From Leptospiraceae bacterium (lineage in GTDB: Bacteria > Spirochaetota > Leptospiria > Leptospirales > Leptonemataceae), in the NCBI GenBank assembly GCA_040217195.1, contig JAVJNR010000005.1:448001-512000 (forward strand): 64,000 bases of DNA, given 5' to 3'. The translations under genes were made by a program, and so were the position numbers. Positions 9,614-20,528 of this stretch are shown piece after piece. The notes below the pieces were generated by a model. That model ran no database searches. It saw nothing but the letters and a program-made list of their open reading frames with translations, and was not told where the DNA came from. The first letter of the stretch is position 1. The number at the start of each line of letters is the position of its first letter.

Positions 9614-12070
9614 TCAGAGAGTTCGTGCCACCTCATTTATCACGTAGCCTTCTACTATATCCCCTTCTTTGAGATCATTGAAGTTCTTCAAGGAAAGACC
9701 ACATTCAAACCCTTCTGCAACTTCAGCCGCATCGTCTTTGTGACGCTTCAGGCTATCCAGTTCTCCATTTTCATAAACAACTACATTGTCTCTCAGGATA
9801 CGAATCTTGTTATTTCGGTGAATTTTACCGGAGATCACCATACAACCGGCCACATTACCGACTCTGGAAATACGGAATACCTTGCGAATCTCAGCCTTTC
9901 CTTTCACTTCTTCTACGTAATCCGGTTCCAGCAGACCTTCCATGGCCTTGGTCATATCTTCGATTACGTTGTAGATAATGCTGTAATACCGAATGTCCAC
10001 GCCTTCCCTCTCGGATAGCTCGGTGGCTTGAGGAGTGGCTCGAACATGGAAACCCACGATCATGGCTGCCGAAGCCGATGCCAGACTGACATCCGATTCC
10101 GAAATGGCGCCTGTGGACCCCATAATGACTCTGACTTTCACATCGTCGTGGGATAGTTTCATCAGGCCATCGCGGATCGCTTCCACTGAGCCCTGAACGT
10201 CTGCCTTGACAATGATCTTGAGTTCTTTGTGGACTTGCATCCATTCGGCCAGAGCATCCATACTGGGCTGTGCTCTTTCCGCGGCCCGGGAGATCTGCTC
10301 ATAGTGCTGACGGGTGGAAGCCATTTCCCGAGCATATTTCTCGGATTCAACCACCTGGAATGGATCTCCGGCCTGGGGCACTCCATCCAGACCAATAATC
10401 TCAACTGGAGTGGCTGGAGGCGCTTCGGTGCGACGACGTCCCAGATCATCAAACATGGCCCGAATCTTACCGGAATAGACACCCACAACGAAGGGATCCC
10501 CTTCCCGAAGAGTACCTTTATCAATTAATAGAGTTGCAACAGGTCCTTTACCGGCATCCACCCTGGCTTCAATTACGTGACCCACAGAGCGAACCTCTGG
10601 ATTGGCCTTGAGATTAAGAATCTCAGCCTGGAGTAAAACCATCTCAAGCAGGTGCTCAATACCGATGTTATTCTTTGCAGAGATTCCGCAAACTACAATG
10701 TCTCCACCCCAGGATTCAGGCTGCAGGCCATTGGTAGCCAGTTCCTGCAGAACTTTGTCCATATCCGCAGATGGTAGATCGATCTTGTTTACAGCAACGA
10801 TGATCGGAACGCCCGCCTCTTTAGCATGGGTAATAGCTTCTTTGGTCTGTTCTTTTACTCCATCATCCGCAGCCACTACCAGAATTACAATATCTGTTAC
10901 CGCTGCTCCACGGGAACGCATGGCAGTAAATGCTTCGTGACCGGGAGTATCCAGGAAGGTAATCTTTCCATTGGGTGTTTCTACCTGATAAGCACCAATG
11001 TGCTGAGTAATGGCCCCTGCTTCGGTATCGATTACATTCGATTTTCGGATGGTATCCAGCAGTTTTGTTTTACCATGGTCAACGTGACCCATAATCGTAA
11101 CCACTGGTGGTCGATTCTGACGATCTTCGAGTTTATCTTCTTCTTCAGCAATAACCGTTTCATCGAACAGGCTAACTACATTGACTTTACAGCCAAATTC
11201 CTGAGCTACCAGAGCGGCTGTTTCGGAGTCGATGATTTTGTTGATGGTTACCATCTCACCCATTTTCATCAAACGACCGATTACATCGCCAGGCTTTAAA
11301 TTGAGTTTCTTGGCCAACTCACCAACCTGCACGCTTTCCATAATATCAATGGATGTAGGAACTGTAGTTCCACTGGGCTGTGGCTTGCGTTTTACGGCAC
11401 GCTGAAATCGATTAATGTTTTCATTATCGTGACCGCCACGACGTCCGCCGCCGCGACGTCCACCGCCGCCGGTCTCAGGGCCTCGATCTGGCTCACCTGG
11501 TTTTCCTCCGGCTCGAGGACCCGGTCCTTTACCACCGCCGCGACCCTGGGCCTGATTGGCGCTGGCTGCTTTTCTTGTACTTTCTAGTAATGCATCAAAT
11601 GGGGTTCCAGCACCTGCGAAACTGACGCGGCTGACTCCGCCGCCCTGTCCCGGTCTGGATCCACCTTGCTGGGGTCGACGATCCCCCTGTGGTCTTCCCT
11701 GTCCAGGGCCCTGACCCTGACCCTGTCTTGGTCCGCCGGGGCCGCCCTGGCCGCCTCTTCGGGGATCACCGCCGCTACGGTTTTGCTGTTGAGGTCCACG
11801 CTGCTCTCCACGAGGTGGGCCGCTGGCTGGCCTCTGTTGCGGCCCGGAACTGGCAGGAGTACTCCCTGCAGCAGGCGGAGGGGCTTTTTGAGCGGGCGCA
11901 CTTGTTTTATGAGGTCCTGGTTTGGGTTTCTTGGAAGCATCGAAGTGTTCGGATATATCCTTCTTCTGGTCCACCTTCTTCTTGATGACCAGCTTCTTCT
12001 TACCCTTCGACGCGCCTGAGCCCGATAGCTGCTTCTTAATGCTGCCCTGATTTTCGTTGTTTTCCGCCAT
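9614..12070 (-). CDS. infB: Translation initiation factor IF-2
   Basis: [39 protein letters not shown]; low-complexity G/P/Q/R N-terminus; ATG 12070 preferred. Confidence 0.98.
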   Translation of the reverse strand: MAENNENQGSIKKQLSGSGASKGKKKLVIKKKVDQKKDISEHFDASKKPKPGPHKTSAPAQKAPPPAAGSTPASSGPQQRPASGPPRGEQRGPQQQNRSGGDPRRGGQGGPGGPRQGQGQGPGQGRPQGDRRPQQGGSRPGQGGGVSRVSFAGAGTPFDALLESTRKAASANQAQGRGGGKGPGPRAGGKPGEPDRGPETGGGGRRGGGRRGGHDNENINRFQRAVKRKPQPSGTTVPTSIDIMESVQVGELAKKLNLKPGDVIGRLMKMGEMVTINKIIDSETAALVAQEFGCKVNVVSLFDETVIAEEEDKLEDRQNRPPVVTIMGHVDHGKTKLLDTIRKSNVIDTEAGAITQHIGAYQVETPNGKITFLDTPGHEAFTAMRSRGAAVTDIVILVVAADDGVKEQTKEAITHAKEAGVPIIVAVNKIDLPSADMDKVLQELATNGLQPESWGGDIVVCGISAKNNIGIEHLLEMVLLQAEILNLKANPEVRSVGHVIEARVDAGKGPVATLLIDKGTLREGDPFVVGVYSGKIRAMFDDLGRRRTEAPPATPVEIIGLDGVPQAGDPFQVVESEKYAREMASTRQHYEQISRAAERAQPSMDALAEWMQVHKELKIIVKADVQGSVEAIRDGLMKLSHDDVKVRVIMGSTGAISESDVSLASASAAMIVGFHVRATPQATELSEREGVDIRYYSIIYNVIEDMTKAMEGLLEPDYVEEVKGKAEIRKVFRISRVGNVAGCMVISGKIHRNNKIRILRDNVVVYENGELDSLKRHKDDAAEVAEGFECGLSLKNFNDLKEGDIVEGYVINEVARTL

Positions 12071-12118
12071 AAATTTTCCTGCCAGCGTGGCCGGTGCACT
12101 CAAATCCGGTATACCCGG

Positions 12119-13486
12119 TTAGACTTCCTCGAAGGAGACCACATCCTCCAGAATCTTTAGAATTTGAGCCGCTGTTGTCTTTCCTATACCTTCCAGAGCT
12201 TCCAGCTCTTCCGGCTCCAATTCTACCAGATCCTCGACGCTCTTAACTCCGCTTTGCTCCAGAAGGGAAATCACCCGACTGGACATACCGGGTAGCTCTG
12301 TAAGAGGAGTGTAATCCCCTTCTTCGCCTCCACCCTCTTCTGTCTTGGGACTGAACAACTGCTCCAGCTGCGCGCGGGCCTCAGGAGAGGACATTTCTTC
12401 CCCGAATTGCGTCAAAGATTTTACTATCAGTCTAAAGCCGGTTAATCGGGCTGCTAGCTTAACATTTTTATTATCCGGACCCTGAGCCAATCGCAATTGG
12501 TCATCCGGGACCAGTACCAGAGCTTCTTTTGTTCCAGAGTCAGCCCTTACCTCCGCAACTCGTGCCGGAGAAATTGCATTTGCAATCAATTCTGCTGCTT
12601 CCGGAGAATAATTCACAATGTCTATTCTTTCATTTCCCAGCTCTCGAACGATAGACTGGATTCGAACACCTTTGATTCCCACGCAGGCACCCACTGGATC
12701 CACATCGGAACGATTGGAGCGAACCAGCAACTTGCTACGAAAACCAGCATCCCGCACGATATCCATGATTTCGACTACGCCGTCATAGATCTCGGGGATC
12801 TCCTGTTCAAAAAGTCGCCTAACAAATTCAGGGGCCGCTCGAGATAGCAGGATATAAGGACCGGGATCTCTGGACTTCTCTCTGCGCAGCTCTACGGATT
12901 TAACCACTGCTTTGATTCGATCACCGGGATGGAATCTTTCTCTAGGGATCTGTTCCCTTCTGGGCAGTACACCTTCTGCACGGCCAAGATCCACATAAAC
13001 CACTTCTCGATCTCTCCAGCGCAGGAATTGGCCAGTGATTAGCTCCCCTTCCTTATGGCTGAATTCATTATATACAATTTCTCTTTCCTGTTCTTTCAGT
13101 CGCTGAAAGAATATGTGCCTTACGTTGGTGGCACCGATTCGAGAGAAAGCAAATGGCTCCTCTTCAATAATCAGTTCTTCACCAATAGCGGCATCTGCTT
13201 TATGCTCTCTGGCATCTTCTACTGAGATTTCCAGAGACGGATCTTCTACCGTCTCTACGATCTGCTTATGGACGCTAACTCCAATGGCCGGAGCCTCTGA
13301 ATCAAGGGTAACCTCGATGCGCGCATCCGGGCCGTACTTACGCTGATAAGAAGTAATCAAACTTCCGCGAAAGATCTCCATGATCTCATCTTTTCCCAGA
13401 CCTTTCTCCGCGGCCAGGGCATCCATGGAGTCGAAGAAGGCTCTTATATCTGGCCCGGTCTCTTGCTTTTTCTTTGATTTTGCCAT
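12119..13486 (-). CDS. nusA: Transcription termination/antitermination factor NusA
   Basis: S1 + KH domains, LFEQEIPEIYDG, DPVGACVGIKGVRIQ, C-terminal HhH. Confidence 0.97.
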   Translation of the reverse strand: MAKSKKKQETGPDIRAFFDSMDALAAEKGLGKDEIMEIFRGSLITSYQRKYGPDARIEVTLDSEAPAIGVSVHKQIVETVEDPSLEISVEDAREHKADAAIGEELIIEEEPFAFSRIGATNVRHIFFQRLKEQEREIVYNEFSHKEGELITGQFLRWRDREVVYVDLGRAEGVLPRREQIPRERFHPGDRIKAVVKSVELRREKSRDPGPYILLSRAAPEFVRRLFEQEIPEIYDGVVEIMDIVRDAGFRSKLLVRSNRSDVDPVGACVGIKGVRIQSIVRELGNERIDIVNYSPEAAELIANAISPARVAEVRADSGTKEALVLVPDDQLRLAQGPDNKNVKLAARLTGFRLIVKSLTQFGEEMSSPEARAQLEQLFSPKTEEGGGEEGDYTPLTELPGMSSRVISLLEQSGVKSVEDLVELEPEELEALEGIGKTTAAQILKILEDVVSFEEV

Positions 13487-13488
13487 CG

Positions 13489-14019
13489 CTACATATCCAG
13501 ATAGAGATTCGCTTTTCGAATCTGCTGTAGGCTCAGAGCATACTCTTTGATCTTGCTCTTTCCGCTCTTCTTTCTGGACCCTCCTGTTTTATAGGATCGA
13601 AACAATAATAACTCCTGGCCTTCCCGCTCTTCTTTGCCAGTGTATTCCACAGTTTCTGTGTATACGGTTCCCTCCTCTTCAAACTGAAGCTTCATGGGAC
13701 TGGCCCTGAAACGCTCCAGATCACCGGGTAGCCTTAGCTGGCGTTCCGCCCCGGCCGAAGAAACCTCCAGGGAATAATTTTCGGCATTCAAATCGGCGGG
13801 TAGTGACCTACGGTCCGATTCCAGCGCTGCATCCAGTCTCTCAACGAGAGCGCGACTGAAGGTCTCGCACTGCTCCAGATCCACTGAACCGGTGGGGTGG
13901 TTCAGATCGTCCAGTTGGACCTCGATGTGGTAGCCACCCCCTGCATTACGGAGACGAATCGAGTAAATCTCGGTCCCCGGCAGAAGCGCCTCCGCCGCAA
14001 TTTCATCCAGAACTTCCAT
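13489..14019 (-). CDS. rimP: Ribosome maturation factor RimP
   Basis: VDLEQCETFSR, YSLEVSSAGAERQL; first gene of the rimP-nusA-infB operon; ATG 14019. Confidence 0.9.
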   Translation of the reverse strand: MEVLDEIAAEALLPGTEIYSIRLRNAGGGYHIEVQLDDLNHPTGSVDLEQCETFSRALVERLDAALESDRRSLPADLNAENYSLEVSSAGAERQLRLPGDLERFRASPMKLQFEEEGTVYTETVEYTGKEEREGQELLLFRSYKTGGSRKKSGKSKIKEYALSLQQIRKANLYLDM

Positions 14020-14035
14020 TTTGCGGCCATCCGGC

Positions 14036-14061
14036 AAAAAAAAAGCGGGTGCAACCCACTT
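14036..14061 (-). promoter_or_regulatory. rimP leader (terminator-like attenuator hairpin)
   Basis: Minus strand AAGTGGGTTGCACCCGC followed by 9 T, ending about 16 nt before the rimP ATG. It matches the known GGG..CCC rimP-leader architecture. Confidence 0.75.
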
Positions 14062-14170
14062 CTACAACAAGGAATCGTTTTGTCGCTTTACTGTCAATCT
14101 AATTCAATCCAGATGGTTCCCGGTGAACCATCGCAAGACTTTTTTGACCTCCGGAACTCGTAAGCTTACC

Positions 14171-15322
14171 ATGAAATTCCATTCTATTCCAGCACTGCTC
14201 CCAGCGGCCATTCTGATTATACTTACCATGAGCCAGTGTGCACGCTTTAGGATCGATGAGCTGTCCCCTTCGGCGCTTTATTCCATCCCGCTGGAAATGA
14301 ATGTAACCGAACAGCATTTTCCAGATGGTCTGCCCATTCTGCGCACCGAACGTATCTATGGAAATTTCCCGTACATGCCAGCCATCAATGATGACGGAAT
14401 ATTCCTTAGTGACGTTTCTTACCGGGTAATCCGATTCTTCCCGGGAAGTCAGGCACAGCCATCCTGGATTTTGAATGCACGGGGAAAACCTCTGGATCTG
14501 GAAATTGAGTCCACAGACATTCCAGCCGGAATACCCGGTGCCGTGGCCAGCAATGACGATGCGCTCTATATCGAAATCCATGACATCCAGGAAGAAGAGA
14601 AAAGAAACTACTCCCCCATCGATTCCAATCCAGACTTCCCTGCAGAAAACCGACTCCCGGCCATACTTCGTCCAGAATTCTCCACCGCCGCCCCGGCTCG
14701 GATTGTGCGAGTGGATCTGGACGACCGGACTGTAATTACTCTAAAAGGAGAGGAAGCAGGGAATGCCAGGTTCGATAGAGTGGATCGCATGGTCATGGGT
14801 GAAGACGATACACTGTTCGTTTTTCACAGAGTTGCCGGTAGTCCAGCCATAACCATCTATCGGGAAGGAGTGCTCATCCGTACGGAATTGCCCAGAGGTG
14901 TAGAGGCAACAGAGGAGCTAAAGAATCATAGACTGGAAGTAGAGAGCATGTTGCCCTATCCGGGCGGGGATCGATTTTTGATCAGTGCTGTGTTTCGCAA
15001 TCCATCAACCTTTGCACCGGAGATTCGCAAGATCTATCATCAACCCCGAGGCGGCCAGGCCACCGAGATCTATTCCACGGATGAAACCAGGGATGCTCTG
15101 AGCTGGGCTGCACCGGATGGTGGCTTTATTCTGGAAACTCTGGATGATAGCGGAGGAATACTGTTCAAAATCTTCAGCTCCAACGGTGAATACCTGAATA
15201 ACCAGTTACTTCGCTTTCCGGGGGTTCGAGAATCCTGGAGAGAGACTTACCGAAATCTTAATAACCGTATCTTTAGCGTTCGTATAAATGAGGGTAACTA
15301 CCAACTCAATGAATGGCAGTGA
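14171..15322 (+). CDS. Hypothetical spirochaetal lipoprotein (beta-rich, possibly propeller-like)
   Basis: MKFHSIPALLPAAILIILTMSQC lipoprotein-like signal; divergent from rimP; long ORF. Confidence 0.7.
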   Translation: MKFHSIPALLPAAILIILTMSQCARFRIDELSPSALYSIPLEMNVTEQHFPDGLPILRTERIYGNFPYMPAINDDGIFLSDVSYRVIRFFPGSQAQPSWILNARGKPLDLEIESTDIPAGIPGAVASNDDALYIEIHDIQEEEKRNYSPIDSNPDFPAENRLPAILRPEFSTAAPARIVRVDLDDRTVITLKGEEAGNARFDRVDRMVMGEDDTLFVFHRVAGSPAITIYREGVLIRTELPRGVEATEELKNHRLEVESMLPYPGGDRFLISAVFRNPSTFAPEIRKIYHQPRGGQATEIYSTDETRDALSWAAPDGGFILETLDDSGGILFKIFSSNGEYLNNQLLRFPGVRESWRETYRNLNNRIFSVRINEGNYQLNEWQ

Positions 15323-16862
15323 GCCGCTTTTTACCTACCAGCAATCCAGACAGCTGGACGAAATTACAATGGCTCTGGGCTGGACCTCCACCCAGCTTAT
15401 GGGCCAGGCAGCGCTAAGCAGTTTCTATCGGCTCATAGAGCATGAAGAATTTGAGCAATTGATTATCCTGTGCGGTCCCGGAAATAATGGAGGCGATGGA
15501 TTTGCCCTGGCATGGCACATTCTATCCAGTGCAGGCCAGAAACACTGGGGTAGGACTTCCAATATCCGGGTAGTGCGCACAAACAAAGCCCGTTCCGAAG
15601 CATCCGGGTTTTACGAATCCCTGGTGGAAAAACAATTAAGGGTACAGCAAGCCAGTGAATTCTTGCTCTCTCATTCAGAATCACAGTCCCTTCAAAACAA
15701 CTCATCTGTATTAATTGTGGAAGCCCTTCTTGGAAGCGGACAGAACCGACCGCTGGAAGGTATATTTGCAGAACTTGGTCAATGGATCCAGAGGCAAAAT
15801 AGCAAAGGCGCTTATGTACTTAGCCTGGATGTTCCGGCCGGGTTGCTTGAAGACCGGCCCTTTGCAGATACATCACTTTTCTATCCATCGGAGATTCATA
15901 CCTACGGCCCCCTTCGTCTGGCCTGCATGTTCGATGATACATTGCTCAGTAGATCTATATACTCCAATCCCATAGGCTTCTCTACCGATGTAAATTCTAC
16001 TTTCTCACTTGTGCGACGAAATGCAAACCATCTGGATCTATTTCGTCGGCAAGACAGCTCTCATAAATACAGCAATGGCTCAGGATGGCTTCTGGGAGGC
16101 TCATCCGGTATGGAAGGGGCTCTGCTACTTTCGGCTCGATGCTTTTTCGCAAGCGGCGGTGGAATACTACAGTCTATGAGTTCATCGCCTGAACCGCTGG
16201 TAAAATTCGAACCTTCGCTTATGCAGAAGAACTCCCTGCAGCTGGAAAAAGTGAACGCAGTGACTGTGGGGCCTGGTTGTTCCCGGGACGATGCACGCTC
16301 CTATCTTGGCGAAATAGAAAAACAATTCCAGCAATCGGAAACCCGTCCATTTCTCATTCTGGATGCGGCGGCCGCCGTGATAAGCCCGGAATTCCCGGTG
16401 CATGGAAGAAGCACAATACTCACACCCCATCCAGGGGAATGGAAGTCTCTGGGTGGTTCAATAATTCAGGATGTAGCTTCCCTGAAACAGGCCATGGATT
16501 TTGCAAAATCTAAAATTGGCAGCTATGTACTTTATAAAGGCAGCACCAGTATTCTGCTGGACCCATTCGAAGATCGAGCCTACCTTTTTCCATGGCCCAA
16601 TGCTTCGCTGGCAGTGGCCGGTACAGGAGACTGCCTGGCCGGAATACTGATGAGCGCTTTGAGTAAGTCCAATGAAATGATCGAAGCGGTGATATCATCC
16701 CTGGAATTGCTACATGCCTGCACCGAAAACAGGGTGCATCCCAGAAGCTCTCGCTTTCCTGCCCTCATTGAGGGCACTTTGAGACGCAGGCTCCTGGATC
16801 TGCAAGGACAGAAACCCGGTCGGGATGCTACCGGGCCGTTCCCGGGGAGTGGAGTTCATTGA
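15309..16862 (+). CDS. nnr: Bifunctional NAD(P)H-hydrate epimerase/dehydratase (YjeF/Nnr), divergent
   Basis: ILCGPGNNGGDG, SLDVPAG, SHKYSNG, ILTPHPGE, LAVAGTGDCLAG. Confidence 0.88.
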   Translation: MNGSEPLFTYQQSRQLDEITMALGWTSTQLMGQAALSSFYRLIEHEEFEQLIILCGPGNNGGDGFALAWHILSSAGQKHWGRTSNIRVVRTNKARSEASGFYESLVEKQLRVQQASEFLLSHSESQSLQNNSSVLIVEALLGSGQNRPLEGIFAELGQWIQRQNSKGAYVLSLDVPAGLLEDRPFADTSLFYPSEIHTYGPLRLACMFDDTLLSRSIYSNPIGFSTDVNSTFSLVRRNANHLDLFRRQDSSHKYSNGSGWLLGGSSGMEGALLLSARCFFASGGGILQSMSSSPEPLVKFEPSLMQKNSLQLEKVNAVTVGPGCSRDDARSYLGEIEKQFQQSETRPFLILDAAAAVISPEFPVHGRSTILTPHPGEWKSLGGSIIQDVASLKQAMDFAKSKIGSYVLYKGSTSILLDPFEDRAYLFPWPNASLAVAGTGDCLAGILMSALSKSNEMIEAVISSLELLHACTENRVHPRSSRFPALIEGTLRRRLLDLQGQKPGRDATGPFPGSGVH

Positions 16863-17413
16863 AATTTCATTATAAAAACCCTCAGGAAGTTAGAGAAGAG
16901 TATCCCGGCACTCCAACGAAAACTCCCAATCCATTTCGCAATCGCACATTCTGGATGATTCTGGCGGACTGCGCTCTTCTGCTTTTGATATTTGGGATCA
17001 TGTATAAAACCGGCAGTCTGGATTCCTTTTTCCCATCGCCCACGGATCTGACGATTCGAGCCGATGTCATTCAATCAGAAGAAAGAGAAAGTCCGGCTAT
17101 CAAAGTGTTACTACGAAACGATGCAGATCGCACTTTGAATCCGGGGGAGGAGAACAGCTCCTTTCAGTTGCGCTCCGCCGCGTTACGCCCGGGGCCCATT
17201 CACAGCACCGATTACTCCATGACCGATCAGATTGAACTCGAAATACCAGGTAGCCTTCCAGCGATCTGGGAAGTGGGACGGATTGCTGAATTCCAGTTTT
17301 ATGCACCCGAGGGAAAAGAGTTACTATGGAAGAAAGTGCTCAAGTCTGAGGAGGGTGGCATTCTCATGCTTCGATTTAGAAATATCAATCGGGAAGTGGA
17401 GATCGTGCGCTAG
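16859..17413 (+). CDS. Hypothetical single-TM protein
   Basis: TTG start overlaps the nnr stop, with GGAG SD; one hydrophobic segment (FWMILADCALLLLIFGIMY). Confidence 0.6.
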   Translation: MKFHYKNPQEVREEYPGTPTKTPNPFRNRTFWMILADCALLLLIFGIMYKTGSLDSFFPSPTDLTIRADVIQSEERESPAIKVLLRNDADRTLNPGEENSSFQLRSAALRPGPIHSTDYSMTDQIELEIPGSLPAIWEVGRIAEFQFYAPEGKELLWKKVLKSEEGGILMLRFRNINREVEIVR

Positions 17414-17560
17414 ATCTCCACTCTCAAGGGACCACTGTCTGACCCCATTGCCTGTCCATATTCCCCGACCCAATGTAGCCTTCTCGAAATCAGGAATCTT
17501 GCCCCGGATTCGTTGACAGAGGCCTCCGGAACTTTGCGGGAAAACCGACGTCCAATTTAG

Positions 17561-18159
17561 ATGACCTTCCGCTATACTCTAGTTCTGGCTCTGTGCTGGG
17601 CTATGCTTCCGATCGGTACTTCGATTCTGGCGAATCCAGACAACCACGTTTTGGAAGTCCGACAGGAGATTCTAGAGCTATTCAAAGAATTTGAAGAGTA
17701 TCCTCGGGTATGCGATAGCGGCGTAGGAGCAGCAGGCATTACACCTGAATGCTATTCCATTGTGCACACCATCGCAGAACAAGCCACACCGAAAGAACTG
17801 GTCATGCTTACGCGCCATGAAGCCCCGGGAGTGAGGGCCAATGCTTTAATCGCACTCCTCTTTGCAGAACAGGACGAGCTATTCCTGCAAGTTATTCCCG
17901 AGCATTTTCACGACTCTACAAGGCTTACCTGGGAATCATTCAGGAAAGCAGGGATCCGGACTATGTAGAACCAGCGCTGGATTATATCGAGGAGAGTCCA
18001 GAGCAACGGAGCCAGAGGGACCTGGGCATTGTTCTTCTGAAGTTTGGCGATGCAGCTATCAAGGAGCGATTGCTGGAGCTAAGAAATCGTAAAGCGATGT
18101 TGCGCACGAAAGAATTTCAGGAGGCCCTGGATCGGTGGGAACCGAGGACAGCCCCTTAG
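17561..18159 (+). pseudogene. Secreted HEAT-repeat-like protein split by a frameshift or deletion
   Basis: The 135-aa ORF (signal peptide, HEAPGVRANALIAL) stops at 17968. A start-less -1 frame is open 17821-18159 and reads RLYKAYLGIIQESRDPDYVEPALDYIEES...LGIVLLKFGDAAIKERLLEL, which looks protein-like. Confidence 0.5.
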
Positions 18160-18240
18160 AGCTGCATTTCATCGCGATCGGAGCGCAAATACTCCCTGAC
18201 AACCAGGCTCTGGCATCTCGTGGAACAGGAATAGACCGAC

Positions 18241-19146
18241 CTAAATCAATTCAAAGATCCATTCAAGGATTGCTTTTTGGATATGCAGTCGGTTTTCAGC
18301 TTGTTTGAAGATTGTAGGACCATGTTTATCCATTACAGAATCTGTAATCTCTTCCCCGCGATGCGCCGGTAAGCAGTGCATGACCAGTACATCGTTTCTG
18401 GCCTTTTCCATGAGTGCATCATCCAGACGAAAGGGCTTGAATACGGCTCGTCTCTCTTCTGCCTCTTCTTCCTGGCCCATGGAAATCCAGGTATCTGTGT
18501 AGACTACATCTGCATCCTTTACCGCAGCAGCCGGATCCTGGAATACTTCAAGATGCACATTCTTCTTCTGAAGATGATCGCGCATAGCCGGTCGAATAGG
18601 ATATCCTTCCGGTGCTGCCAGATGGATGCGACTGCCTGAATGAACAGCACCCAGGGCCAGAGAATTAAATACATTGTTGGGCTCGCCCACAAATGCCAGA
18701 GTCACATTGCTTAGATCCAGACCGGCTTCCTGAAGAGTCATATAATCCGCCAGACCCTGACAGGGATGATGACGATCGGAAAGTCCATTGATAATAGGTA
18801 ATCGGTCCAGGCCGCTCATTACTTCCAGTTTACGATGGCTATGGGTGCGAACCATAACACAGTCCACATATCGTGCAAGAACCTCGGTTGTGTCCTCAAC
18901 ACTTTCGCCGCGCCCCACCTGGAGCATCTGAGATTCCAGAGCGATTAAATGGCCGCCCATTTCCATAACAGCCACACTGAAAGAAAGCCTGGTTCTGGTA
19001 CTTGTTTTTTCAAAGAGCAAAGTGACGGTTTTATCAGCCAGAGCTTCAGGTGCCAGTTTACGATTCTTCGCATGCTCGATTCCTCGATCAAGTATTCGAA
19101 AGAAATCCTGTTCAGTCAGGTCCAGTATGCTTAGTAGATGTCTCAC
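18241..19146 (-). CDS. argF: Ornithine carbamoyltransferase
   Basis: FEKTSTRTRLSF, HPCQGLAD, DVVYTDTWISMGQE, MHCLPAHRGEE, QAENRLH. Confidence 0.96.
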   Translation of the reverse strand: MRHLLSILDLTEQDFFRILDRGIEHAKNRKLAPEALADKTVTLLFEKTSTRTRLSFSVAVMEMGGHLIALESQMLQVGRGESVEDTTEVLARYVDCVMVRTHSHRKLEVMSGLDRLPIINGLSDRHHPCQGLADYMTLQEAGLDLSNVTLAFVGEPNNVFNSLALGAVHSGSRIHLAAPEGYPIRPAMRDHLQKKNVHLEVFQDPAAAVKDADVVYTDTWISMGQEEEAEERRAVFKPFRLDDALMEKARNDVLVMHCLPAHRGEEITDSVMDKHGPTIFKQAENRLHIQKAILEWIFELI

Positions 19147-20528
19147 TTCGATGCCTTGTTTCCCCGGGCATAATCAAGAAACAGTCGAGCGGCCTCTGTG
19201 GCCGGTCTGCCTTTGCCCAGGCTATGTTTTACATACTCCAGTTCTTTTCGAATCTCTGCCTGAAGTGCAGGATTGTCCAGAATTTCAGTTGCATGCTTGA
19301 ATATAGTATCGGGTCGCACCTCGGTTTGCAAGAGTTCTACAGCCACCTGTCTTCGAGCCAGCAGATTCACCATGCCAATAACTCTGGTACGAATCACCAG
19401 GGAAATAATCAGTAGATTAATCCACCCTACTTTATAGAGAACAACCATGGGAGTTCCGAAAAAAGCGGCCTCCATGGTGGCCGTGCCGGAGGACAAAAGC
19501 AGCAAATCACTGGCTTCCATTACCCTTAAAGAGCGGCCGGGCATGGATTCAATCTTTAGATCCGGGTACGCATCCAGCTGCTCCTGAACATAGGTCTGGG
19601 CCTCTTCATTCACTCCAGGCAGTAAAAATCGGATCTTACCGTACTTTTCCTTCAATCTGGCGGCCGCTTCCAGCATTGGCGGCAAAAGCCTGCGAATCTC
19701 AGAGGTTCGGCTACCGGGCAAGAGACCAACGGTCTTACCTGAATAAGTAGGTATGACATCCTGCTTTTTAAGCTGCTGACCAATTCTATACACCAGCGGA
19801 TGGCCCACGCAACGGGTTTCCACACCCTCATCTTTGTACATCTGTTCTTCAAATGGAAACAGAGGAAGCATTAGGTCCACGTATTTCTTGATGATCTTGA
19901 TTCTGCTATAATGCCAGGCCCATAATTGCGGGCTTACCAGATACGTAATGAAGAAACCGGAATCCTGTTTAAGCATTTCAGCCAGGCGAAGATTGAACCC
20001 AGGATAATCTACCAGGATGGCATGCGTAATTCCATTCTTCCGCGCGAATGCAACGATTCGTCGAGCCAGGGCTTTCAGTCGGCGATAGGCTTTCAAGGCC
20101 TCCACAAAGCCCACAACATTCATGGTTTCAATATTTTCCAGAAGCTCCACTCCAGCAGCTTCCATTTCCTTGCCACCAGTTCCGAAAAGCCTCTTGATTC
20201 CCTGCTTTTTCAATTCCCGGGCCACATCGGCCCCCAGCAAATCTCCGGAATGCTCGCCGGTAATAATCAATACACCGCCAGAAAGATGGGAGCCTGCTTT
20301 TGCAGTGGTTTTTATTGTAGGTCTGGAATCTTTACTGCCCGGCTTCGCAGGTTTCTGTTGTTTAATTCCTGATGATTTCTTTTTTGCTACAGGCTTCGCA
20401 GTTCTGCCTTTAGGTCGGACATCTACTGACTTCTTGCCAGATTCCGTACCTGTGGCAACAGCAGGCTTTCTGGTAGACATAGGTAATTCAGGCTGATCGG
20501 AATTCTGTTTCTTTTTGGATACGCTCAT
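19143..20528 (-). CDS. lpxB: Lipid-A-disaccharide synthase
   Basis: GEHSGDLLGA, VDYPGFNL, VSPQLWAW, VGHPL, LLPGSR, SGTATME; about 80-aa Lys/Pro-rich N-extension. Confidence 0.95.
   Translation of the reverse strand: MSVSKKKQNSDQPELPMSTRKPAVATGTESGKKSVDVRPKGRTAKPVAKKKSSGIKQQKPAKPGSKDSRPTIKTTAKAGSHLSGGVLIITGEHSGDLLGADVARELKKQGIKRLFGTGGKEMEAAGVELLENIETMNVVGFVEALKAYRRLKALARRIVAFARKNGITHAILVDYPGFNLRLAEMLKQDSGFFITYLVSPQLWAWHYSRIKIIKKYVDLMLPLFPFEEQMYKDEGVETRCVGHPLVYRIGQQLKKQDVIPTYSGKTVGLLPGSRTSEIRRLLPPMLEAAARLKEKYGKIRFLLPGVNEEAQTYVQEQLDAYPDLKIESMPGRSLRVMEASDLLLLSSGTATMEAAFFGTPMVVLYKVGWINLLIISLVIRTRVIGMVNLLARRQVAVELLQTEVRPDTIFKHATEILDNPALQAEIRKELEYVKHSLGKGRPATEAARLFLDYARGNKASK

Noticed and set aside
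11440..11900. GC-rich quasi-repeats in the infB 5' region (also in the pnp and fmdB tails) as a possible repeat array or CRISPR
   Set aside because: They encode Gly/Pro/Gln/Arg low-complexity protein; there is no constant repeat-spacer periodicity and no cas genes
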